From: Paramecium tetraurelia
Taxonomy: Eukaryota
Direction: 5' to 3'
NCBI GenBank assembly: GCA_000165425.1
Contig: CT868607.1
Span: forward strand, 1-64,000
DNA length: 64,000 bases
The notes under the pieces are model-generated. The model saw nothing but the letters and a program-made list of their open reading frames with translations, was not told the origin of the DNA and made no database searches. Shown piece by piece: positions 1 through 12,716 of this stretch (its first letter is position 1; every line of letters starts with the position of its first letter). The translations under genes and the position numbers were made by a program.

Positions 1-48
1 CCCAAACCCTACCCCAACCCCAAACCCAAACCCAAACCCAAACCCCAA
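1..48. repeat. Telomeric repeat tract (CCCAAA/CCCCAA mix), macronuclear chromosome end
   Basis: Reads cccaaa-cccta-ccccaa-ccccaaa-cccaaa-cccaaa-cccaaa-ccccaa at the very start of the window; mixed G3T3/G4T2 repeats are the Paramecium telomere. Confidence 0.95.
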
Positions 49-410
49 TTGGAAAACCCCGTCTAGTTCAGGAAACAAACCAAACCTATTTTCAGAATTT
101 CTGCAGAACAAAAATATAATAAAGATTTTTCTCTATTTGCAATCAAAATTCAAATGTATAGTGTTTGATCTCAACAAAAATAAAATAGAGTAAGAATTTC
201 CATTAGTGAATAAATAATGAAAGAATAATATAAAAGAAGATTTTAAAGTAAAATTACTCTTTCAAATATCATAATAGTCATCAAATTAATATGTTTTTTC
301 TCAAATTTCTTTAAGATTTTATAGTCTATATTTATTTATTATTTGAAGTAATATAAATATATTTTATGCATATTTATTCCAATTTATTCATTTATAATTA
401 ATTAATTCAA

Positions 411-895
411 TCATAATAAGCTCTATTCAAAGTGAGCTCTTAATTTTTAGGCTTCTTAATTCATATCTTCCTCACTTCTCTCCGTTTTTTAATTTTCAGC
501 TTAAGATATCAAAATCTTTTCCTTAATAAGGTATTATATGGCAATGAACACTTGGTATAGTTTAACCAGCATGCATTCCATCTTAAATGGAAACATGGCA
601 ATTAGTCTTAAAATTGTGAAAATATTTACTTTGTAGATATCAGACATCACTTTTGCAACTTCTTGGACAGTTATCCAAAATTCTACAGCTTCTACTTCTG
701 TCATATCATAGAGTCTTTTTACAGGTCTTTTTGAACACACTAATACATGACCTTTTCATTTTTGAATAAAAAAATACCTGGCGCCACTGGTTTTAAATTT
801 ACTGTAGCGAATACATGTCTTCTTAAGATAAATAACTGTGAATAAGGTAATTAGATGGGTCCAAATTAAACAAATTATTATATTGGTTTAGGCAT
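411..895 (-). pseudogene. FHIT: FHIT-like diadenosine triphosphatase (HIT family), apparently frameshifted/degenerate
   Basis: Code-6 translation with two small introns: MPKP..[48 protein letters not shown]. In-frame TGA at 496-498; the Fhit-like C-terminal helix (RSEEDMNQEAQKLRAHF) lies in the +1 frame and ends at 411. Confidence 0.75.
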
Positions 896-2257
896 TTTTT
901 TTAATATATATATTGATCTTTATTTATAAGTTGTTAATTAAAGTTTCAGAGGAGACAATAAAAGTAAAGTAATTTTGAGAAGAAGATAATAACAATAAAA
1001 GAACAAAGAAAAATTGAAAAATTTTAGAAAAATAAAGTGAAGGAATCGAATGTGAATGATCTGAAAATTTTTTTACTGTATTTCCAATCTCATGTATTAG
1101 CTTGAATAATTATTAAACTACATTTATTATTATTTAATGTATACTCAGGTGATAGCAAGAGGAATATTTATTTTCACTTTTTATTCATTGATAGGAGCTA
1201 TAAGAAAAAGAGCTTTATTAACAAAGAGCGATATCATTTGGATTAGATTTCAGCCTTTAATCAAATAAATAATATAATAATTTTGAATCATAATATAAAG
1301 TTATTATTATTATTCTACCCTGTTAAGAGAAAAGAAAACATAAATTATTTAATCAATATTATGTTTCTAAAACAAAATATTGTTAAAATTTATCGAAAAT
1401 AGTGGATGTGTGTTGTTTGATTAAATTTCTTTATTATACATTACTCATAAATCCAATTGTGATTTTTGAACTATAATGATATATTTTTCTTTGCTCAGCA
1501 ATTCTGAAACTTTATTTAAACAATTTTGCTCTCTCAAAATGGTTTTTCTTTAATAAATGTTGGATTTCTATCCAAAATTGTAATCATTCTGACAAATCAT
1601 AGTAACCTTTTGCAAAATGTGATTCTGAGTGTTCATTGTTTACTCTCCAATTTAAGAAACCAGATCAAAATTAAGGAGGAAATTATCTTAAAAAATCTCT
1701 AATTATTAACAGCAAAATGGCGAGCCACATTAGTAATTTCAGCTGAGGTCAACATTTAGTAAAGGACTAAATAGAAATAAGAATTTATCATTTAATTAAA
1801 TTGTAGAGATGTAATTTTAAATAATTGATAGTGGAGTAGAGTGGAAAACTAAAAATACATTAAATAAGAAGAATACTCATTCTTCATAACTAACTGTTAA
1901 TAAAGCCAAGCCTCATATTACTAATAAGAATAATTGCTGAAATTTTTTAGAATAAATTTTTTTTATAACCCAAATTAACCTGTATAAGGTTGCTAGATCT
2001 CATAAACATGTTTCTAAAATCCTAAATAATTGGACAACCAACTTTGAACTAATACAGCAACGATTAAAAATATTAAACTATGTGGTGATAAGAATACTTA
2101 TCTGGTTTACAGCTGAGCGAAGGCAGTCATTTTATTGTCAATAACCATTCTTGGTAGAAGAGAATAGGAGTAAAAGTCCAACATTTATAATAACTTATGG
2201 TATGATTATAAAAAATCATGAAATAGAATGCTAATATTTTTGATAACAATATATATA

Positions 2258-3588
<1,331 letters not shown>

Positions 3589-3822
3589 AATTTATTATTA
3601 ATTAATAAAAACGATATTTTTTTAATGCTTAAAAATAACTGAAACTTATAATATGGATATAAAAATTATATAAATAACTAAATTACATTTGAAAAACATT
3701 ACATAATTCTAATTATTTTCTTTATGAATATTAATTCTTACATTTCTAAGTAACTATTAATATCAGATAGCTTGTTATTTTATCTAAGAAAGTTATTTTA
3801 CATGTACTTATATTTACTATAC

Positions 3823-6020
3823 TCATAATTAACATTATTAAAAATCAGATAATTTTTAGATGTCAAGAGGCTTATGAAGTATTTGCAGCATTCCAACTTC
3901 TTTGTATTTTTCCACTTCTTCATCGCTAGTAAATGCAGTTAAACCAATAATGGGAATTTTTGGTAATTATTGATTTTACATCATTTCTCTTAATTTCTTC
4001 TTTGTTTTCCATCAGTCCATGATATGCATTTAACTATCCATAAGTATCCTATAACCCATACATTTTGGGCAACATTTTGAAGGATTTTAAACTTTCTCGA
4101 TTGCTTATCTGCCATCAAATACCTATCTTAACATAATAATATTTATACTATATCCACATTCATTCCTTGCTAAACCAAGAGCAATTATAGAGATATTTAA
4201 TTAAAAACTTCATCATCAACACTTAAATTTGTATTACAACAAAGTAACGTTAATCCAGTTTCCTTTAATGATAATTATAGGAAGATTATCTAATGTTTAA
4301 TTGATTTGTTATTTTATTTTTATTATTGTGGTTAGTTTGAAGTGGAGTATTACATGAAGGCTTTCTTTAATTCAATAGTTCAATCGAACAATGTTTCAAT
4401 TCAAAACGAAGTATTTTTCTTGAGATATCTCTGATTGAGACACTGATCAAATTGCATTCGTCTTATTCACTCGTTTTTGACTAGAATCTTACTTGTAGAT
4501 TTTAATTTGATATTAATTAGTAACCCAAATTCAGCTCTCAAAGTGGGCATACTTCTCATTCAAGGAATTGATTTTTTTGAGTGCTAACCATAAGTTTATA
4601 CTTAAGTTTAAGCAGAAATATGATTTAAATATGAAATGAACAGTCATACCTGCATCCGCCATCTGATTCAATTTTAATACTGTTTCTTTTAATTGATGAT
4701 AAGTAGCTCAAAAACATTTAGCAAATTATTAAGCCAAATCCTTGCAATTATTATGTTCTTGTAGTAGTATGTTATTCTTAATTTATTATCGATCTAATTG
4801 AAGTAAGTTATTTTCTTGTCAAACCTATTAGTTCATCTTTTGTTGAAATTCAATCTCATTTAGATCCCAGCTATCCAACTTTACTAATACATACCCAGTT
4901 TCTGAGTAAGTAAGAGTTTTTTGAATGATATTAGTTAGGACTTAAAGTAACCTCAGTAATCTGTTTTAATTTGAGTCAATAGAGACATTGGTCGGCTAGT
5001 TTCGAAGGCAAGACTTAGATTCTTAAATTGAAATTGGAATCTAAATTATTCAGTTATTTCATTTATTATTTTCTAAAGTTTAAATTAACTGAATAAAAGG
5101 TCTAATAACTTTGCATTTATTTAGCTGAAGTCTATGATGTCATTTATTAAATGATTTTATAATTTAAATACTGATAAACATGTTTATAAATACTAGTCCT
5201 TGATTAATCCATCCAATTTGGTATCTCTTATTGCTGTTTATAAAAATATTTAGCACTGTTTAAAGGAGTTCTTACTTAATTCTTATGAATATGATAAAAC
5301 AATCTTAGTTTTAAACTTATTGTTTTTTTCCAATTTCGATAACTCATTTTATTTTGTACCATCCTGAATTATCACAATCGATATTTTATTACTTACAATA
5401 ATACCCTATAATAAAAAAATATCTTCCTTTAATTATTAAGAGCGGATACGAAAGTACTCTTTAGCAATAGGGGGTCTCGGACTTGAAAAAAGTTTTTCTT
5501 TTTAATATCTGGAGGAAAAGTATTCTTCAAAAAGTTTTTATGATGATGGTAGGAAATACATAATGGTATAAGTATTGTTGCTAGGAGTGAGTTCAAATCA
5601 TCGTTTCTATATTTCAAACTGACTAATAATGTAGAAGCCAACCCACTGATGACTTCCATAGGAGTATTAGTATTTTATTATTGAAATATGTCTGAACAAA
5701 AGGATAGTCAAGGATATATTAAATGATTGTTTCATTTTGTTGAGAAAACATTCCAATTAAAAAGCAATATAACCTTATTAATGGCTAGTCCATCTAACAC
5801 AAGTTTATCAATCTTTAAAGCAATTATATTTAGTAAGCAGCAAACTATTCTTAATATTTAAATTATTCACCTTATGAAATTATGCATAGAATAGAGATGA
5901 TAAAATAAACATAAAGGTTTTTCATAATTAATTATATAAATATCATTAGGTTTAAAATAATTTTTTTATTCATTTTAGAAAGCATAGTGCAAGGTTATAT
6001 TTACTACCAATCTCATTACC
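3823..6020 (-). pseudogene. Hybrid sensor histidine kinase (HisKA-HATPase-receiver) pseudogene; 5' end approximate
   Basis: H-box SHELRTPLNS appears as SQEL+TAAG duplication+RTPLNSA (frameshift near 5271-5278); G2-like GFGLIIC; receiver ILMDSQMHIMD*W with in-frame TGA at 4012-4014; IIGLTAF and LHKPL motifs. Confidence 0.8.
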
Positions 6021-6163
6021 AAATCTTCTTACAATAAGTTCAATTGTACCTATTTTAGAAGAATCTAAATTAGTTTCGACTTAGAATTAGATGCAACGCC
6101 TCAAGATGGGCAAATTATATGTTTGTGAATTAATTACTTTTATGTTAAAACAAATATCAAATA

Positions 6164-7173
6164 TCATGAGTTGATTGTGAAATTTTATATCCCTGTTAAA
6201 AAAGTTTCTTCCTCATCAAACTTTCTTTATCCGTAGCTCACATAACATTAGCCATTATCTTAAATGATACTAGAATGGACACATGAGTTTGATATTTAAT
6301 ATTCGACTCTTTTCAAATCACTTTTATATACGTAGGCAGTTCCATCATCATTCCCTATTAACAATTCTCTATTATGATTAATATCGAAATTCATTCTTTA
6401 GTTTGACTGATTCTTCCTTTCAAAGTATTATAAAAATGTACTCGTATTTCTCAAATCCTTAATTTATTAGTCTAAAAAATACCCATTAATAAATATAATC
6501 ATCGAATCGAGCGCAAGAATAAAAAAATAACGAATCCACCTTATCAAATTTCAAATGGGTTATTCCCCCAATGTGTACTCTTGCTTCACCAATTTATTTA
6601 TCTTATTAAGTATCAACAATTTTAATAACTTTATTGAATTGACCCAATAACAAAATATTTTTTGCTATCCCGTAATTTTCATTTTATTCACAACAATCTA
6701 AACATGAAATATAATCATAATTGTTAATGCATTTGTAATTTATGATCTAAAATTTCTATAAGTCATATTCATGTAAGAATCCTTTTCCACATCCAATTAA
6801 GTTATTACTTTCCTAAAATATCATAATCATCATTCTTACAGTCAGTCTTTTCATTTCTAATGGAGCTAAAAACATCTCAGAATTAGGTTTGATATCATGT
6901 AGTCTCATTTACTGTTTCCATTCTCCATCCTCTTTTTGATAAATAGCAATCTATCTTAATTTATTTCTATATCGTTACAGGCATATTTCTGATTGATGTA
7001 ATTAACATGTCTTTATAAACCATCGCATCATACACTGGATTGGGAAAATTAATTTATTACTCGAATTATGAATCCGTTTCCTTTAATATTACTTTACTTT
7101 GTTCTGTTATAAAAATGAATTTGTTTTCATATAACTTCATTCTTTTAATAAAATCCTCCTCCTGTTTTATCAT
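6164..7173 (-). CDS. WRAP53: WD40 protein, WRAP53/TCAB1 (Cajal body RNA chaperone)-like
   Basis: HIGGITHLKFDK..FYSCARFDDYIYQWDLRN..SNQRMNFDIN..LLIGNDDG..SYGQRKF mirrors the TCAB1 motifs HQGGITHL..GARKD..CWDLR..TNQRIYFD..GQR; 2-3 small introns. Confidence 0.75.
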
Positions 7174-7675
7174 AAAAATCGATTATTTCAAAAATAAATA
7201 ATTTTATAAACTATTCACAAATAAAATAATTAGAAATGATCAAGAATAATTTTTTATTATTATTAAAAATGAATAAGCCAGGATAAGAGAAGTAAATGAT
7301 GAATTAAAATGAAAAAATTTTATAAAAATAACAAAGCCACAAACAAAAATATAAACTAGAAAAACTCTATAAAATTTTGTGTAGGTTTGATTAAATCTTA
7401 GAATCGTCAAATTTTAGGGAAAGTGAACGAATTTGTAAACTTTTACTCTATTTCTTATCTATAACCAACAATAAATAAATAAATAAAACAGTTAATAGAT
7501 GATTAGAATTACTTTGAATATGAGGAAAATATTATTTCATTTAGAAGGTAGCTCTCTCCTATTTGATTTATTACACTTTTCTATCGATTATAAGGCAAAA
7601 GAAATCAAATGTCTTTGATAATATAATTATTAGCTCTTATATTTTTAGTTTATTTCATTTATATATTTTAATAAA

Positions 7676-8452
7676 ATGGATGATTAAACTCTTTTAGAAA
7701 GGCTAATAGAGACAGAAGAATAGTGTAAAAAGATCAAAAGCTCACTAAATTCTATATAATTGTACTTAAATATATAATTAATAATTGTCATAAGTTATAT
7801 TTCATTACCTTGGTATTATGAATATTAAAAGGCATCAATTTTTTATTTGATTTGTAGATTATTGCAATATTCATTTCACCTCTTTAGTGTAATCTAAATA
7901 AAATAAACTGTTGAAATAATTTCTGAAAGTTCAAGATAATTTATAGAATCATTGAATGATTAAATTGATGTTTGGGCAGCAGTAAAGGGAAATCATGGAA
8001 CGCTAAGCAAATGCAATTAATTTGTTTATATAATAATGTTCGGCTTAGGGAATGTGGTGTTGTTGCAAAATACTCTATTGCTCAGTAAATGGATTTTAGT
8101 TGTTCAATTGATATTTGGATGGGTTGTACTAGCTACAATAGTTCTTGGCTTATTTGCAATATGTTTGATTTTGCCCTTTTTACTATATCGAGTCTATCGC
8201 TAAAGATTAGAAGAAGAAAGAAGAAGATAAGAGCAAGCACTTCGGTTGATTGGAACTTAATTCAAATACTCAGAATTAAATGGTCAAACATTTTAACCTT
8301 GCTATATTTGTTTATAAAATTATGATTAAGATGATCTGATAGTCAAATTATCTTGTAATCCAAATCATATATTTCATTCAGACTGTATTCGGCCATGGGC
8401 TGAAATAAATGATACATGTCCTGTTTGTAGATAAAGATTATCATAATAATGA
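7676..8452 (+). CDS. Transmembrane RING-H2 E3 ubiquitin ligase
   Basis: Hydrophobic segments followed by [31 protein letters not shown] before TGA. Confidence 0.85.
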
Positions 8453-8503
8453 TTAGTTAACACTTTATTACTATATTCACAAAAGATGATATCAGATTTG
8501 ATT

Positions 8504-9893
8504 TCATAGTTATATTTTCTATAATTTAAATCTTCCAATTCTAAGCGTTTGCTTATAAGGGGAAAATTTAACCAGTTGCTCAAGTTTTTAGTTGTTAGTA
8601 ATTTAATTCGAATTTGATCTTTATTTTTATTATAAAAGAGGTATTTTACAATTACCCATTGATTAGGTTCTGCTTCTGGTTTGAATTGCAGGGGTAGCTT
8701 TTTTCTACAATTAAAGACTCCTTTTCATAGGTGTAAAATCGATGTTTTATGGTTTGCTCTCAACATTTAAGGTTTTCATCCGACATTATTGAGGATTTTT
8801 TTAGGGTATTTTTTGATTATTCTCATTTTTTCCTTCCGCCCCTGATGTTACTGTTTCTTCTTCTAATTCTTAGATTTCATCAATATTATTGAACTTCCAC
8901 TTTCTAGCAGTGGTTTCTTGAGTTTTCATTTTCTATTAAAATTTAAATCTTGTGTTAGATTTTTCTACTTATATTCCTCTATCCCACTCTCCTTTGTAAA
9001 AAATAACTCCATTTTAATACATCTCTCCATAACCCTACCTATAATCATCAAAATAATTCCCTTTATATACTGTCCCATTTGACCATACGAATTCTCCGTA
9101 TCCACATTTTTTATCATTAGAATATGCTCCCTCGTACCTATCTATTTTACCTTGAGTATTAGATTGCCAGACGCCATGGCCATGCCTCATGCCATCCATA
9201 AAGAAACCTAAAATTAACTCTATCTTCACCTTGATATAAACTTCCATTTTTCCAGTAGTATTCCCCATAACCATCTGGCTTACCACTCTTAAAACTACCC
9301 ACGTACTTGTCTCCATTTGCAAATTATTCTTCTCCCAATCCATGCTTCATGGATTATAAAAAGTCTCCTGTATACTAATCCCCTTACTTATGAGCTCAAA
9401 AAATACCATTTTCAGATTGATAAACTCCCTTTCCTTCAACAAAACCATTATTCCATTCACCCTTATACGAAGTATTTTATCCAAACCATTCACCATACCC
9501 GCTTTTCTTGCCATCTATCCAGTTCCCTTTATAGCTCTCTCCATTTGCCCAAACATATTCTCCATAACCATTTTACTTATTGTTATCATAGTTGCCGAAA
9601 TATTCAGCTCCACTTTAAAATTTTTCATATGCAAGCCCACACTTTTTATCATTTTGCCATTCTCCTACATAAATTCTAAATGAGTCTAAAAGTTTCAATA
9701 TGCCTATGTTAATATCTCTCAAATTACCTGTTCCATGCTTTAACCCGTTTTAAACTTAGCCGATGTAAATATAACTATTAGTTTATTCAATCTTAAATCC
9801 AGGTTGTTATGAAAGTTTTTCTAAATCTACAATTTTTGCTATATCTGTGTTTTTATTAAGCAACTCTCGTATTGTATCATCAAACATTTCCAT
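8504..9893 (-). CDS. MORN-repeat protein
   Basis: Tandem YxGxWxxGxxHGxG repeats (e.g. FMDGMRHGHGVW, YEGAYSNDKKCGYGEF) followed by a low-complexity tail. Confidence 0.9.
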
Positions 9894-10247
9894 ATGAAAT
9901 AATTATTAATAAATGAATCAATAACAGAAGAAATCAAAAAAAAGAAAGAAAAATTATGTCATAACTTTTCCTATTAACTCTCATTACAACATGAAATTAA
10001 TAAAATACATTATGAAATAAAATAAATTATCTGAATTATATATAGAATTTAACCAGAGAAATACTAATTTAATTTTGTATTTTGAAATCCTAAGATTTAA
10101 TTTACATAGCTTTTATTTTGATATTGTTAAAACTATGAATTTAGAAAAAATAGATTTGGTTCAAGAAAATCAATGGAATTAAATGATCGATTCAATAAGA
10201 TTAAAATTAATTGGATTAACTGCTATTTTATAAATATTTAATTTAAA

Positions 10248-11123
10248 ATGTCACAAAATATAGTGTTTGATATCTCTCCAGAGAATAGCTCATCGTCAGA
10301 TGAAGATGAGTTCATAAAAATTGATCAATAAAACAGCTCAGTAAGATATAAATAAAATCCTCATAGATCTTAAGTGTAAGAGCTCCCAATTTATTTGACA
10401 GTGATACACCTTAATAGTTTCAAAAAATCCCAGAAACAACACATTCCATGAGGAAACAGCACACAGTTACTTTTGATACACTAAATACAAGTGAAGGGGA
10501 AAGAAAATAGTTAAATAAATGGAATTAATAAGAAAAAGAAAATAGAAATCGCAATACTTGCACAAACACAACAGAATTAACAGAAAAAGCTAGAGCCAGT
10601 AATAAAAGACATGCTAATGAAAGTGTAGAGTATTTATAATAACAGAAATCTTATTAACAATAATAAATTAAGTCCAATCAATGTAAATAGTTGTTATTAA
10701 TAAACATGTAGACAAAAAAGCTTAATAGCCAAAAAGAGCTACTAATGGAAACTATTCGTCGATTGATAACTTTTAGAATTAATCTATGGCACAAGAATTA
10801 TTGGAATTAGATTTACCTGCGCTTATTTCATAACTTACTAAAAAAAGAAGAGTAAATAATAATAGTTTTCACAACCATAATAATAGTTTGTTTTACAATT
10901 CAAACACTAAGTAATATTTCTTTTATATATGTTAGCTAGACCTTAGATACCACAAAAACAGGGCTGCATTGTTCGATAATCATTTAATAAGTAAAGTTCC
11001 TAAGAGGAAATTTCTATTGTCTAATAAACTAGAGAAAGATCAATCACAATGATTTTAAGGCAACCTGGAAAAATTGTTAATTAAAAGTAGTTAAAAAGTA
11101 ACAGCATTGCGTTGAGAAAATGA
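10248..11123 (+). CDS. Hypothetical low-complexity protein
   Basis: Long TGA-free code-6 frames joined by GT-AG mini-introns; starts MSQNIVFDISPENSSSSDEDE. Confidence 0.6.
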
Positions 11124-11170
11124 AGATATATTATTTTACTTTTAATTATTATTAATATATTTTTAATTAA

Positions 11171-12523
11171 ATGAAATGTCTTTTCTGTTAGCCGATTCGG
11201 AAGACTTTATATGGCAATAACTTTGAAGAAATGCAGTTTAAAGGTAGACTGAAATTAAATTAATTATCAAGAAAGTATCCTTACCAGAAAGGATCACTAA
11301 TTCACTTTATAATAAATATGCTGAATCGCAAAATTACTACTTTACCAAGGATATCAATGAAATCATATTGGACCAACCAACAAAACCAAATATCGTGTTC
11401 AAAGTAAATATCTATAATATTAAAATTAGGACTTAGCCCTTTTGGATGAGGATGTTGAATACATGAAAAAAATATATTAACCACATTGTTTAGACAATAA
11501 AATGGAAGTCTTAACAGAATTTTACAAAGTAAAAATTTAATAAAAAGTTCAAGTTTCATAATGATTTACCGAGATGGGCTGTCTCCAGTTCTATTGTAAA
11601 TATCTTGAATGAATATTACAATTAAAAAAGAAAACTCGAATATTACAAAATTCAGAAGATAATAGATGAGGAAAACAAAAATAATCCAGAAAAACCTCCA
11701 AAAGGCATAGTCGGTGATGAGCCAATCTAAACCGAAAGCACTCCCCCTTCTCACACCATTGAAAGTGGAATCATCGTTGGAAACGTACTTGATGAATTAC
11801 AAAATACGCCCTCTTATTCAAAGCTTGATTAAGATAAAATAGGTCGTAAAATAAATAACAACAATAATATTCACCAATAACTTTTAAAAATTGAAAAATT
11901 AAAGACTGAAAGATAATAAGATAATAATAATATAATAAAAGAGTTCAAATTATCATAACTTCTTACAAATGATAAAATCAAAAATATTAAATTATTAATA
12001 ACCTCCTAAAAAAGACAGTTAAAAATCATTCACCCAGATTAATGTGGTTAATTGGATCTGCCAAAACCAAAACTAAAACATCAGCAAATTTTAGAATAAT
12101 GTAATTTGTATAAATTAATGAAGTACACAAAAGAGTAAATGAAAAGCTCCAATTAAAGAAAAGAACATAAATATAGAATAAAGATCCGTCTAGAGAAATA
12201 AAAAGTGTACATTTTGGGGAAGATAAAAAAGAAAACTTTTTCAAATCCCCCAGAAATGTAAAAACTTAATGTACATCCAAGATGACACCTAAGTCCAATT
12301 GCAAAGTAGGCAAGACCCAAACTTTTCATGATAGCTCATCAAGGTAAGTTTTCAATTATTATGTATAAGAAAGTTTAATAACAACTTACTATCAACTAGG
12401 AACATTGGAGCAAAGACTTGCCATTAGATAAGCAATAATATCAAATCAAAAATGCAATCCAAACCTATATCATTTAAAACTCTTACTACTCCAAGATCTG
12501 TCTAATAAAAGTTATCATAATGA
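11171..12523 (+). CDS. Hypothetical protein (ordered N-terminal domain, low-complexity C-terminus)
   Basis: Spliced ORF ..YNKYAESQNYYFTKDINEIILD..LTEFYKFHNDLPRW..YYNQKRKLEY; several mini-introns. Confidence 0.65.
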
Positions 12524-12716
12524 ACAAAGTGAATCAATATATTAAAATATCTAATAAATTAATATTCTATATAATAGTGTATAGTAGAATCCTTGTTGAA
12601 ATTAAAGTTTTACTTATTTCTTGTTTTTCTTATGCATCCTCAACCACTGGTTCAATATTGTTCTAATTTTCAATAGTTTATTGAGAATATATATATAAAA
12701 TATTCTTAAATTATAT

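Noticed and set aside
3823..6020. TGA readthrough or selenocysteine explanation for in-frame TGAs in the histidine kinase
   Set aside because: The TGA replaces a conserved Gly rather than Cys and co-occurs with frameshifts, so decay is simpler
8374..8583. Apparent 3' overlap of the MORN gene with the RING gene
   Set aside because: Tracing the MORN frame gives a TGA at 8504-8506; the listed ORF is in another frame, so there is no overlap
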